Below, one piece after another: positions 48,649 through 57,795 of a DNA stretch of 64,000 bases. This DNA comes from a virus (taxonomy: Duplodnaviria; Caudoviricetes), in IMG/VR virus record IMGVR_UViG_3300037520_001069, positions 1,967-65,966 of that record, one strand, 5' to 3'. Position 1 is the stretch's first letter; each line of letters starts with the position of its first letter. The position numbers and the translations under genes were made by a program. The notes beneath the pieces were generated by a model. It saw nothing but the letters and a program-made list of their open reading frames with translations. It did not search any database and was not told the origin of the DNA.

Positions 48649-48896
48649 TTTACGGGAATGCAGTATGAGATAATAAACTCCGATGCCTGAATGGACGCTT
48701 CAGGTTCAGGCAGTTCTCTCCTGAACGCTTCCTGAACATACATCCTGAATCGGTCAAATTGTTGCTCATCCATATGATACAACTCACGCCAATTCTCTAC
48801 ATCAACGATGTTCTCGCTTGAGACATCATTGTAACCGGCAATGACAAACATGGTGTCAATGCAATCAAGCCTTAGTTTTGCTTCTTGTTCTGTCAT
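48645..48896 (-). CDS. Hypothetical protein
   Basis: 83-aa ORF within the operon. Confidence 0.6.
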   Translation of the reverse strand: MTEQEAKLRLDCIDTMFVIAGYNDVSSENIVDVENWRELYHMDEQQFDRFRMYVQEAFRRELPEPEASIQASEFIISYCIPVK

Positions 48897-49023
48897 TTTT
48901 AATTACATTATCAATTAGAATACCACAGTACGGACAGTACGGGCCTGTCTTAATGTCAATCATCGCTTTGGTCGCCTCATGTTGGACGAGACCATGAACT
49001 TTACAAGTGCCTACATACTTCAT
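48865..49023 (-). CDS. 52-aa zinc-ribbon-like peptide (not in the ORF track)
   Basis: MKYVGTCKVHG...GPYCPYCG; promoter-like TATCTTTA 4 nt upstream. Confidence 0.5.
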   Translation of the reverse strand: MKYVGTCKVHGLVQHEATKAMIDIKTGPYCPYCGILIDNVIKNDRTRSKTKA

Positions 49024-49037
49024 TGTGTAAAGATAAA

Positions 49038-51428
49038 TTAAAATGGTGAATTTTCTTCTTCTTCCTTACCAAAAATTATCCATCTTCCGCTCATGTCTCT
49101 GCCTTCTTCGGGCTGACAATTATACTTGAACTGAGAGTAAGATGAAAGCCATCTGTAGAACCTTGTTCTGCTTATCGTGAACTTTGACTTCGGAGCATAA
49201 TCGGGGTTCTCTCTGATGAAATCGTCATACAAACTATTCTTGTACAGCCTTCTTCCCTCGGCCAAAACTTCATTCGGCTGTTGACCTGGAAGCACTGCAC
49301 ACCACTCCATAAACTCATGCGATGTTTCTGCGGAGAATTGACGAACCCTCAAGTTGACAAAAGAACTCTTGGTCAAGCCCGTTGCAAGGTATGACGATAG
49401 GTTTTGTAACATATAATTGTCAAACGCCAACCACTCGGCATCATCCCAATCGCTGAACATGAGCCTGCCAAATTCGTCAAGTGGCGTAAACTCCTTTGTG
49501 TAATACTGATGTAATTCTAACTCCCACTTCCTTCTCGCAAAGGAATTGCCTGCACCCTTGATGGCATAATTTGTAGTAATCGCAATCTTGGGCGAATTTG
49601 CAAACGGAATCTTGATAGCATCCTTGTTCTTCTTCTCTATGGTCAAGCCTTCGGTTACCGCACTAAACAACCTCTCAAAGTCAAAGTGCTTGCGAACATC
49701 ATCAAAGCATATCACTTGGGTCTCAGCACTCACAAGTTGATAGGCGAATGACCTCTCAAAGGTGAACGACTTACCGTCAATCATAATGACCTTCTTCATC
49801 TTGGCGAGTCCGTTCATAAGCAATCCCTTACCCGTTCCTCCCTCCGGGTTATCCGTAATGACTTCATCATTCAGAATGACCGCAGGACAGAAACTCAAAT
49901 GCTTGTACCCATGCAACAAGAACCCGATGGTGGACTGCATTGACTTAATCCTTGACTCTTCCTTGTTGCAGATGTTCTCAACGAACCTCTTGAAATCGCA
50001 AGTGGTTACCTCAATTTGCCTAAAGTCCCTATCAATAATATGCTCCTTCCAAACATACCCATTCAAGTCAAAGTAGTCTATGCATAATATCTCGTACTCC
50101 GAAACTCGTACTGCACAATTTCTGTAATACAAATACGCGTGTTCCTTCGTGTCTTCCATGACATAGACATCAATCGTTGTCAAGAAGGACAGAAATGTGT
50201 CCGTGAAATACTTCGTGTTCTCCACGAAGAAATTGTAAACTTCAATATCGCCATACGAAAGCAGATGGTTCAGAGTGAAATCCTTAATCTTCTGCTCGGA
50301 TGCGTTCTCAATCAAGTTGTTCGTAATGCGAACAAAGATGTAATGCTGACTGCCGTGAGGGAAATACTTGTAAAACCCATTGTCTTCCAAAAATTTTTTG
50401 AACCCAATGTGAAACATCTTAATGCTCCCCTTCTCTGTTTTCTTCCAAAATATGTCCTCGTCTTGAGCGATGTCTTGGATGATGGATTCAACTGCTTCGG
50501 GGTCAACTCCCTCTTTATCTAATTGACCCCGTATTGCTTTTTTTGGTACACCGGCCTTAATCTGATTCTTAATGCTCTCCACCTTCTCTCTGTCCTCGTA
50601 ATACTTCGTGCCAAAGTTTTGTGTGTTGGAATAGGCACTATCCACAAGGCGTATAATTTCCATTTGCTTGAAATCGCTTGACATATAACTCAAGCATATG
50701 TTCAATGCAGATGATTTGTCAATACCGAAATCGTTAAGTGCCATCGCCAAGATGTACAAGTTGTGATTCCTTGAGCCATTGACCATCGGATATTTCTTAC
50801 TCCACCATGTGAGCAGAATTTTCGTAATCTTATCTTCGTCAGTTATCGGGATGGTTTTGGTGACTTCGGTAATCGTATGCTGAACCGACTCCTCTTCCTC
50901 AATTTTATCCCAAACGATAGAGTCCTCATTCACATACGCAGATGGGTCATAGGACTCGTAGCAGACACGGGAAATGTTCCCCGTGGCTTTATCAAAATGT
51001 GGGTTATCGTAATACTTCATCAATGTCTGAAAATAACCCTTGTGGCTATCTATTGATGGCGGAACTTTAACGATAACCTTGATGCCATCGCCCGATGGGG
51101 ATATGAAAGCACAATAGGTGTACTCGGATTGAGTTAGCACCTTCAAGTCTTTGCTTAATGCACTTTTGCTTTGATACCCGTCAAAGTCCAAACAAATGTA
51201 CCCAGAGTGTTGAATGACCGAATGGTCATTCCTCTTGGTAAAAACACCGCTAAAACAAATAGCAGGTAAGTCTTTCTTCAAAATTCTTCTCTTCTCCTTG
51301 TCGCTCTCTGCCCTTATCTTATCAACAAGTTCCTTTGACGCACCACTCTTAATCCTATCAATGACGAAATCAATAGGCTTATGGAATGGTGTTGTTGTTT
51401 CCTTTATGTTCTTGAATATCGTTATCAT
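49038..51428 (-). CDS. Primase-helicase (BT4734/VirE-N-like primase, PriCT-like domain, P-loop)
   Basis: K..LPAICFSG.F..R, SGYICLDFD, FISPSGDG.K, GSRNH, GGTGKG and ICFDD. Confidence 0.85.
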   Translation of the reverse strand: MITIFKNIKETTTPFHKPIDFVIDRIKSGASKELVDKIRAESDKEKRRILKKDLPAICFSGVFTKRNDHSVIQHSGYICLDFDGYQSKSALSKDLKVLTQSEYTYCAFISPSGDGIKVIVKVPPSIDSHKGYFQTLMKYYDNPHFDKATGNISRVCYESYDPSAYVNEDSIVWDKIEEEESVQHTITEVTKTIPITDEDKITKILLTWWSKKYPMVNGSRNHNLYILAMALNDFGIDKSSALNICLSYMSSDFKQMEIIRLVDSAYSNTQNFGTKYYEDREKVESIKNQIKAGVPKKAIRGQLDKEGVDPEAVESIIQDIAQDEDIFWKKTEKGSIKMFHIGFKKFLEDNGFYKYFPHGSQHYIFVRITNNLIENASEQKIKDFTLNHLLSYGDIEVYNFFVENTKYFTDTFLSFLTTIDVYVMEDTKEHAYLYYRNCAVRVSEYEILCIDYFDLNGYVWKEHIIDRDFRQIEVTTCDFKRFVENICNKEESRIKSMQSTIGFLLHGYKHLSFCPAVILNDEVITDNPEGGTGKGLLMNGLAKMKKVIMIDGKSFTFERSFAYQLVSAETQVICFDDVRKHFDFERLFSAVTEGLTIEKKNKDAIKIPFANSPKIAITTNYAIKGAGNSFARRKWELELHQYYTKEFTPLDEFGRLMFSDWDDAEWLAFDNYMLQNLSSYLATGLTKSSFVNLRVRQFSAETSHEFMEWCAVLPGQQPNEVLAEGRRLYKNSLYDDFIRENPDYAPKSKFTISRTRFYRWLSSYSQFKYNCQPEEGRDMSGRWIIFGKEEEENSPF

Positions 51429-51442
51429 TTTTTTTGAAGATT

Positions 51443-51466
51443 AAAAAAGGGGAGGTTTCCCTCCCC
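51443..51466 (-). terminator. Intrinsic terminator on the - strand
   Basis: GGGGAGG-GAAA-CCTCCCC-TTTTTT on the - strand. Confidence 0.8.
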
Positions 51467-51489
51467 TCAAACATAAGCCATGAGTGATA

Positions 51490-51729
51490 TTAGTAAGGGG
51501 CAGACCCCTCGTCTTTTTTCGGTTTGAATGTGCTTAATTCAATATAAGTCTTGCCATTCTTGGCTTCCTTAATTTCCAAATTAACCCATCCATTGTCTTG
51601 GTGTTTATCCAAGAACGCTTTGGCATCTTCAACTTTTACTGATAGTTTCCCAATCACGAATTGGGGGGCTTTGTCACTCGGATATTTGAATGAAAAGCCG
51701 TCTGCGAAAATTTTTTCTGTGTCTGACAT
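51490..51729 (-). CDS. Small putative ssDNA-binding protein
   Basis: 79 aa, FADG...APQFVIG.LS...NGWVNL.I...GKTY, aromatic C-terminus; lies in the recombination module. Confidence 0.5.
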   Translation of the reverse strand: MSDTEKIFADGFSFKYPSDKAPQFVIGKLSVKVEDAKAFLDKHQDNGWVNLEIKEAKNGKTYIELSTFKPKKDEGSAPY

Positions 51730-51741
51730 AGTTTTTAGGTT

Positions 51742-52473
51742 TTAGAGAGTTTGATATATGGTGATTTGGCTTATGTTCTTTTTCTTCGTTGGTGATAGGT
51801 AAGTGTTGTAGACTTCAAGGGCCATCTCCACCTTTTCCCTGCCCCTTGCTACAAACTCATCGGATGCAGTAAACACCCCTATCATCTTGGTCTCCTTGTC
51901 AATGACAATGAACTTCATCGGCTTGCCGAATAGTTCGCCATAGATGTAGGCTTGGCTATCGTAGTTGTAACGATAAGCACTATATCTAAAGTCGGACAAT
52001 GACGATGTGGTCTTGATGTCATACAAGAAATCAGAGGCAACAATGTCTGCCTTACCCTTGAATGATTGACCCATAATCGTGCCAATCGCAGGTTGCTCAA
52101 ACTTGTTCCCTTTATCGTAGATGGTTGAAGACACCTCAAAGTTCTGCTTCAGAGCAGAGGCAACCTCCAACATAGCATCCGCCTCGTCCTGCAACAAGAG
52201 AATCTGCTTACCGCTATCTGCAACCGCTTGCTTATAGATGTTGGTGTTTCGGCTTGATGCTTGGACGATTTGAAACGAAGATGCTTTGTCGGGCTCAAGC
52301 ATGAGCGTGTGGAGGTATCTACCTTCCACCATCGCCTTGGTCTCCTCCTTTGGCTTACCAAAGTTCTTCGGGTCATTGATTAGCGTTCCAATGTCAGAAT
52401 TGGATAACCAATTCGCACCGAACTCTCCATAGTAGTTGTCATCAACTTTCAGTTTTTCAATTATCGTACTCAT
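51742..52473 (-). CDS. PD-(D/E)xK exonuclease (RecE/ExoVIII, DUF3799-like)
   Basis: LSNSDI, GRYLHTLMLEP, KGKADI, DIKTT and Y.YDSQAYIY. Confidence 0.85.
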   Translation of the reverse strand: MSTIIEKLKVDDNYYGEFGANWLSNSDIGTLINDPKNFGKPKEETKAMVEGRYLHTLMLEPDKASSFQIVQASSRNTNIYKQAVADSGKQILLLQDEADAMLEVASALKQNFEVSSTIYDKGNKFEQPAIGTIMGQSFKGKADIVASDFLYDIKTTSSLSDFRYSAYRYNYDSQAYIYGELFGKPMKFIVIDKETKMIGVFTASDEFVARGREKVEMALEVYNTYLSPTKKKNISQITIYQTL

Positions 52474-53077
52474 CTTTTAGGGATTTAATTGCGTTAAGGG
52501 AAATGTCATATTTTTCGTTGAATGCTTCAAGCAAGTCAGCGAAGGGCATACTCTTTTTGTTTGCCTTGAGATAAGCGACTACCTTATCCCAATTTTTGTC
52601 ACCGACATCAAGACCGACTCGCTCCTTGCTTGGTGTACTTGAGTACACCCTGCGACCCCTTGGTGTAGGCGTTGGTGCAGGCGTTTCGTCTTTGATATCT
52701 GTGTCCTCTCCAATCCACAACTGAATGCCAAGCCCATGCATGGCAATCGCCTTGGCGGTGCTACGCTGAATACTCTTGTTGACATCAGTTGAGGTAATCT
52801 TCTCAAGCGGAAGAGAGTTATTCCGAAAGTCCATCACGGGCAACATATCAATATGCTCTTGACCGCCAACGATGATTCCGACCTTCACATAAGCAGTCTT
52901 GCCATCCGTAAAGTAATTCAGCCCCGTGTGAGGAGACTCGTAGATGACCCTTTGGGCATCGGGGTACTCTTGCTTGAGCATATCCCAAGCGTTAGCCCAA
53001 GAGAGGTAGTCCATACCGCCCTTCTTCTCAACCTTGTCCTTGACACCGATTGAATTTAGTTTTTTGTAAGTTGACAT
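52457..53077 (-). CDS. Sak/Rad52-like ssDNA annealing protein (DUF1071-like)
   Basis: YLSWANAW, LPVMDFRN and DVNKSIQR...KAIAMHGLG. Confidence 0.85.
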   Translation of the reverse strand: MSTYKKLNSIGVKDKVEKKGGMDYLSWANAWDMLKQEYPDAQRVIYESPHTGLNYFTDGKTAYVKVGIIVGGQEHIDMLPVMDFRNNSLPLEKITSTDVNKSIQRSTAKAIAMHGLGIQLWIGEDTDIKDETPAPTPTPRGRRVYSSTPSKERVGLDVGDKNWDKVVAYLKANKKSMPFADLLEAFNEKYDISLNAIKSLKDEYDN

Positions 53078-53394
53078 AGTTTTGATTTAAGTAAATTGAT
53101 TTTTTTAATTGTTCTTTTGCTCGGTTTAATTTGCTCTATTCGTTCTTCTATTAAATACCTGGCGACAATTCTTACACCCTCAATCCAACCTATGCGGTAG
53201 AAGATGGCGACAAATTCTTTTGGCATATCCGTGTAGTATTCGCAATCGGATATGTTGTAAGAGAATGTCAGTTCTCCCTTCGCATGGATGCACTTGATGT
53301 AAAACTTGTAAGCCCACGAAGATTCAGTTCCTCTGACATACAAAGTTTCGCAATCGGTTATTGCCTCACTCCATATTTCGTCAGTTGTATACAA
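53056..53394 (-). CDS. Hypothetical protein
   Basis: 112-aa ORF within the operon. Confidence 0.5.
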   Translation of the reverse strand: MYTTDEIWSEAITDCETLYVRGTESSWAYKFYIKCIHAKGELTFSYNISDCEYYTDMPKEFVAIFYRIGWIEGVRIVARYLIEERIEQIKPSKRTIKKINLLKSKLCQLTKN

Positions 53395-53687
53395 GGTTCG
53401 GTGATTTTATCTACAACTGATTTGAAGAACTTGTCCTTCGCACACATTTGTCTGCAAGCGTTGACATTGTACCCAAATAAATTCGGGGGCATATCAAATC
53501 CTTTACGCTTGAAGAACTCGTAAATATAGATGGGTTCAATGAGACATTTGTGACAAATGTAGCAGAACGCTTGTCGCCCCCTTGTGATATGGCGTTTTTG
53601 CGTTTTGGTAAACAATGTATCAACTGACTCATACTTGAACTCTCTCTTTATTTCTTTCAACGCTAAATTAAATACATCATCTCTCAT
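53358..53687 (-). CDS. Hypothetical protein, possibly a degenerate DnaA domain IV-like HTH
   Basis: LFTKTQKRHITRGRQAFCYIC resembles the R....v.aRq..mY pattern of 46625-47074. Confidence 0.45.
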   Translation of the reverse strand: MRDDVFNLALKEIKREFKYESVDTLFTKTQKRHITRGRQAFCYICHKCLIEPIYIYEFFKRKGFDMPPNLFGYNVNACRQMCAKDKFFKSVVDKITEPCIQLTKYGVRQ

Positions 53688-53691
53688 TTCG

Positions 53692-54390
53692 TTAGTGTTC
53701 GTTTATTTTAATGTGCCTATTAGTTTTGACTCGCCTCCCACTACAAAGTCTACACTTTGAGCAGGTGGACATATAGCCTGCCTCCTTGGACGCAGGACAT
53801 TGAACCGCATCAACCTCTTGGCCTTCCTTCTTGACGATGAAAGCACGGAAGCCAAGTTGAAATGACTCTCTTGCCTCTTCATCGTTATGAGCGGATGCCA
53901 TAAAGTATTCTGCATAAGGCTGACACCAAGGCTTACGCCATTGGTGAGTGTAGCCCGTGTGACACTTGCTGACCTCTACCATGTCCTTTACCAAATCAAT
54001 GGGCATGAGACTCGGTTCTCCGTATGTGCCAAAGCGAACATATTTGCCCTTGCACATTTCAACTATCTTCCGCCTCTTCTCATCAGTCAACTCGGTGGTG
54101 TCCTTGATAGAGCGGAGCGAAGACAAGAAGCCGGAATACTGAAGGTACTTGTGCGTGTAGCAACCGCCCTCCCCCGCGTTGCGGGAGAAGGGGCAGTCCA
54201 TACAATTAGCCTTGTCATGTCCGAAGAAATCAGATTGTGTTGTCTTGCCGTTGAGAACTAAATTCAGTTGGTCTAACGAATAGGTGTAGGTCTGAACTAT
54301 TTGTTCCTTTGGCTCGGCAATCTTTTTGTTGGTAGTGAACGCAGAACTAACTACGAACAACCTGCTACCATCAGACCAACTTATTTTCAT
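53692..54390 (-). CDS. Cys-rich phage protein (Gp88/DUF7227-like, possible Fe-S or Zn enzyme)
   Basis: CMDCPF...CY, VRFGTYGEP, GYTHQW, CPAS and CSKCRLC; TATCTTTG 4 nt upstream of ATG 54390. Confidence 0.65.
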   Translation of the reverse strand: MKISWSDGSRLFVVSSAFTTNKKIAEPKEQIVQTYTYSLDQLNLVLNGKTTQSDFFGHDKANCMDCPFSRNAGEGGCYTHKYLQYSGFLSSLRSIKDTTELTDEKRRKIVEMCKGKYVRFGTYGEPSLMPIDLVKDMVEVSKCHTGYTHQWRKPWCQPYAEYFMASAHNDEEARESFQLGFRAFIVKKEGQEVDAVQCPASKEAGYMSTCSKCRLCSGRRVKTNRHIKINEH

Positions 54391-54565
54391 GTGACAAAGA
54401 TAGTTCAAAATCCCTATCAAGTTTAGCCTCATGCACTTTTTTCGCAAGTGCAGTATCTACCCTCAAAGGCGATTTGATTTCACAAATGGTCGGGAACACC
54501 CGACACTTACGGACTTGGCCTACGATGTAGGCTCTCCATCTATTGAACTCGGCTACCCTATCCAT
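54371..54565 (-). CDS. Hypothetical protein
   Basis: 64-aa ORF coupled to the upstream gene. Confidence 0.4.
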   Translation of the reverse strand: MDRVAEFNRWRAYIVGQVRKCRVFPTICEIKSPLRVDTALAKKVHEAKLDRDFELSLSHENKLV

Positions 54566-55151
54566 TGGCTCTTGATGTCATAAGTTGTTGCAAAAGGGAA
54601 CATTCTTGAATAAGTTCCTCCAAGGACGAATAGGTCTCACCATTTCCGTTCAACCTCAACCTCCACTCAAGACCCACTACTTCAGATGCAGACACCTCCT
54701 CGCCATCGGGCAACTTGATTGGGTTCTTTATCTGCTTGAGCGAGACTTTCAGAGGTATTGGGTCTATGCGTTTGCCCTTCACGGCAATGAACACATCTGC
54801 GAGTCCATGATAATGGATGGACGCAGGATTGTCCTTCAAGGTCTGAATCAAGTCCATAGGAGTGTTCCATCTTTGTGAGGCAAAGCCCATTGACCCTTCA
54901 ATCAAAGTAAAGCGAGAGCCAAACTCTTCGTGGAAATTGGCGAAATCCCGTTTGATTGACTCTTGCAGAGACGGGGCGATTGCGAGGTTTTTCGTAACAA
55001 CGGACTTCACATACTCGTCCTTCAACGATAAAGACTCGTTGATTTTTGCCATGTTGAAACGCTCGTACCTTTTGGTTGAGGTGGAGTCATTGATGTTTTC
55101 AAAGTTCCTCGTAAGGTCATTGATGATTTGTTGTTGTGATTGTGTTAACAT
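54558..55151 (-). CDS. Hypothetical protein
   Basis: MLTQSQQQII...; A-rich leader after the palindrome. Confidence 0.65.
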   Translation of the reverse strand: MLTQSQQQIINDLTRNFENINDSTSTKRYERFNMAKINESLSLKDEYVKSVVTKNLAIAPSLQESIKRDFANFHEEFGSRFTLIEGSMGFASQRWNTPMDLIQTLKDNPASIHYHGLADVFIAVKGKRIDPIPLKVSLKQIKNPIKLPDGEEVSASEVVGLEWRLRLNGNGETYSSLEELIQECSLLQQLMTSRANG

Positions 55152-55203
55152 TTTTTGGTTTTTAAAAAGTGAAAGAAAAGGGTGTACTTGAGTACACCCG
55201 AAA

Positions 55204-55917
55204 TTAAGATTCTGCAAGCAATAAGGTTCGGTACTCGTCTGCCGTCAAGTGCCGGTGGTGTTTGAGCCTTTCATATCCGCCCTTCGGCTTGACAAGGATG
55301 CAGTCTCCTTGACGGAGGATGTGGCTAATATAACCCTCGGCAATATCGGTGGTGATTGTCCAAGCCACGCAGTCAATAGCATTAACCACCTTCGGGGCTT
55401 CTCTTTGCTGACTTGCCCATGAACTCCAAGTATCTTTTTGTTTCGTCATATACACCGAATAAATATCAACCCATAGCAAATACTCTCGGTCGGTAGAGGT
55501 GTCCTTGCAGGTGATGTAGTAGAACTTCTCGCCTTTATTGATAGGCGACCTCCAATCGTTGTCAATGTCTCTAAACAAGTCCTCGCCATTTAACTCGTAC
55601 AAGCGGTAGGTATCGTCAAACTTATGCTCAACAAGTTCACCGCTTTCGGTCACCCACATGGTGGTCTTGGCAATAGACTCTTCGTTGATAAGACGAACAT
55701 TCAGTTGCTCTTTCATCCGCTCAAGCCCAAGGCAATTTAGTGCAACCCTACGGGCCTCCACATTGTGGGTGTCTCGGACGATGTCTTGGAATGTGGGAGG
55801 CACGATGCTATCCCAAATGTCTTCAAGCCCTGCGAATGGCGTGTCGCCATATTTCAATTTAAGTAGACCACATCCGATGTTGTAGTCAAATTCTTGGTTT
55901 TGGATTATTATTTTCAT
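55204..55917 (-). CDS. DUF6745-like phage protein
   Basis: NVEARRVA...CKDTSTDREYLLWV...AIDCVAWT...RQGD. Confidence 0.6.
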   Translation of the reverse strand: MKIIIQNQEFDYNIGCGLLKLKYGDTPFAGLEDIWDSIVPPTFQDIVRDTHNVEARRVALNCLGLERMKEQLNVRLINEESIAKTTMWVTESGELVEHKFDDTYRLYELNGEDLFRDIDNDWRSPINKGEKFYYITCKDTSTDREYLLWVDIYSVYMTKQKDTWSSWASQQREAPKVVNAIDCVAWTITTDIAEGYISHILRQGDCILVKPKGGYERLKHHRHLTADEYRTLLLAES

Positions 55918-56549
55918 AGTTCTCTATCTTGTGTGATAAAATATCTTGTTTGGAAATTGCACTCTAATTTGTCATTGCTTTCGTATTCAAACGATAAGCC
56001 TTCATCGTGTAACTCAATATCGTCTCCATACCCTTGCTCAATGTCAAAGTTATGGTTCAGTAGTTGGGTTCTGATAGCATCAATGAATACACTCAAAGCC
56101 TCTTCGTCCTTGTCGGTCAAAATGCAGTCGCCCTTGTAGTTGACCTCGCACTCGCCCCCATTGTACGGATTGCCACTCATTGAGTCAATCTTCGCAAGGA
56201 TGGATTCTTTGACCCAATCATCCACCTTTACCTCTTCAGCATTCGTAGCGGTTTCTTCGTATTCCGACCTTGAGGACTTGTTAAAGTACAAAGTTTCGCC
56301 ATCATCCTCCATTCCGATAAAGACATCGCCATGCTCACCAAGATAGTGCCCGTCACTGCACTCGTAAAAGGTCACTTGATTGTAGACCTCATTTGATAGT
56401 AGGTCTTCCAATTCCGTGTCATGTATACGCTCTCCGCCCTCATTGTATAGGGCCATTTCCGTATCATTCATGGAGTCGCCCCCTGCCGAAAAGGTGAACT
56501 TCGCCTCATCCACATTCAGTTTTTTCCATAGTTCTAAAATCTTATCCAT
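55914..56549 (-). CDS. Very acidic protein (DUF6878-like N-terminus)
   Basis: FSAGGDS motif; strongly Asp/Glu-rich. Confidence 0.6.
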   Translation of the reverse strand: MDKILELWKKLNVDEAKFTFSAGGDSMNDTEMALYNEGGERIHDTELEDLLSNEVYNQVTFYECSDGHYLGEHGDVFIGMEDDGETLYFNKSSRSEYEETATNAEEVKVDDWVKESILAKIDSMSGNPYNGGECEVNYKGDCILTDKDEEALSVFIDAIRTQLLNHNFDIEQGYGDDIELHDEGLSFEYESNDKLECNFQTRYFITQDREL

Positions 56550-56940
56550 TTTGTAGTTTTTGAATTAAGTTAGTTGCGTTAAGTTTTGATTCGTCATTGT
56601 CAATCTCCTTCACCCCGTTGCACATCCACGGCTGAACCTCAAGGTGCTTGAGATAGTCCTGCGGTGTAGGTACGAACTTCATGCGGAAATCTTCTGCTAT
56701 GTGCAACATGGCAACATCTATCGTGTCCACCCTCTTGCCGTCAGCATTGGTCAAGTTGTACCCGAATACCTTGGGGATAATCGTGTACGCAAACCATGTG
56801 TTGTGAGTCAGAGCCCTTGATGAATTATTGTTCATCGTGGCCTTCGGTGAGTCAATCAGTTCATGGATGGGGAGGTAGTCTTCTACCTTACCTCCCCACC
56901 GCTTGACCGATGATTGCGAGTGAATGAGTGGGTTCGCCAT
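56542..56940 (-). CDS. DUF6915-like protein
   Basis: MANPLIHSQSSVKRWGG..EDYLPIH..ID..K...RALTH...HIAED...PT.QDYL. Confidence 0.75.
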   Translation of the reverse strand: MANPLIHSQSSVKRWGGKVEDYLPIHELIDSPKATMNNNSSRALTHNTWFAYTIIPKVFGYNLTNADGKRVDTIDVAMLHIAEDFRMKFVPTPQDYLKHLEVQPWMCNGVKEIDNDESKLNATNLIQKLQNG

Positions 56941-56941
56941 G

Positions 56942-57202
56942 TCAATCCCAAACTCTTGTAATGGTGCGACTGAACGGGTTGTACTCCACTTGTTTTCCGG
57001 TGATGTACTGACCCTTCTCAACTCGGAGCGATTGATGTTCGGCAAACTTACCCGAAGGTGTCTCATGCCTCAAGACCGAATCCTCGGCAACATCAAGCGT
57101 GATAGTTTCGCCATCCTCTCGGTGAGAGAAATCTCCGTAGAGCGTGTGTTGGTTGACCCCCTCACCCTTGAGGATGGTCAGTTTATTCTTGGACTTTGTC
57201 AT
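56942..57202 (-). CDS. Small His-motif protein (typical partner of DUF6745-like proteins)
   Basis: GEG..QH...LRHE...EH....G.Y....QVEYNP. Confidence 0.65.
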   Translation of the reverse strand: MTKSKNKLTILKGEGVNQHTLYGDFSHREDGETITLDVAEDSVLRHETPSGKFAEHQSLRVEKGQYITGKQVEYNPFSRTITRVWD

Positions 57203-57428
57203 AAGGTAAGTAGTTAAAGTTTTCTTCTAAAATCGGGTCACTCGGTTCGCAGTTAAGTTCAATGGCAAGGAATTGTTTGGCATCGTCAACGCTCGGAAAT
57301 TGCATGAGTTCATCGTTATCGTTCAGCAGAAACTCAAGCCCATTGATGCATATTCCCTCAATGTAGCGACCGATAACAAAAGAAGGGGGTGTACTTGAGT
57401 ACACCCCTTCTTGAGAAGGATTAGTCAT
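57183..57428 (-). CDS. Hypothetical early protein
   Basis: IGR.IEGI.INGLEFLL; contains an in-frame palindrome (VYSSTP). Confidence 0.6.
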   Translation of the reverse strand: MTNPSQEGVYSSTPPSFVIGRYIEGICINGLEFLLNDNDELMQFPSVDDAKQFLAIELNCEPSDPILEENFNYLPYDKVQE

Positions 57429-57747
57429 TGGTCTTACGCCTTACTTCAAGACCCTTAATCATGTCAGCCAAGAGGCTATCGCCATGTTGAGCCAAAAGCC
57501 TCTCCATGATTTTACGCTCGGCAATGACCACTCCCATGTGGAAGCCACTCATGTACACCTTACGCTCGTACTCGGTCAACCCTTCGGTCTCGCCAAGTTC
57601 ATCGTGGTGTAACCCGTTGAGGTGCGTCTCAAACATATCTGAAACCTTGTCCTCCTTGTCCCAAGACTTGAAGGCTTGGGCTTTGCTTTCATACGCCCAC
57701 TCATCGGTGAGGCCAAAAGCGACTGCAACTGAATCATTGTTTTCCAT
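57421..57747 (-). CDS. Hypothetical early protein
   Basis: 108-aa ORF with an A-rich leader. Confidence 0.6.
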   Translation of the reverse strand: MENNDSVAVAFGLTDEWAYESKAQAFKSWDKEDKVSDMFETHLNGLHHDELGETEGLTEYERKVYMSGFHMGVVIAERKIMERLLAQHGDSLLADMIKGLEVRRKTND

Positions 57748-57795
57748 TTTTCTAATTTTTTATGGAGTGAAACAAATAAGATAGGGTTTGCGGAT

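Noticed and set aside
50600-50616. TTTGGCAC on the - strand inside the primase gene (also near 54025, and on + near 60793)
   Set aside because: No correctly spaced TTGC -12 element, and the sites are intragenic.
51117-51125. Half-site GGTGTACTC in the primase gene (similar partial matches near 21231 and 11644)
   Set aside because: Only one arm matches, which is compatible with chance.
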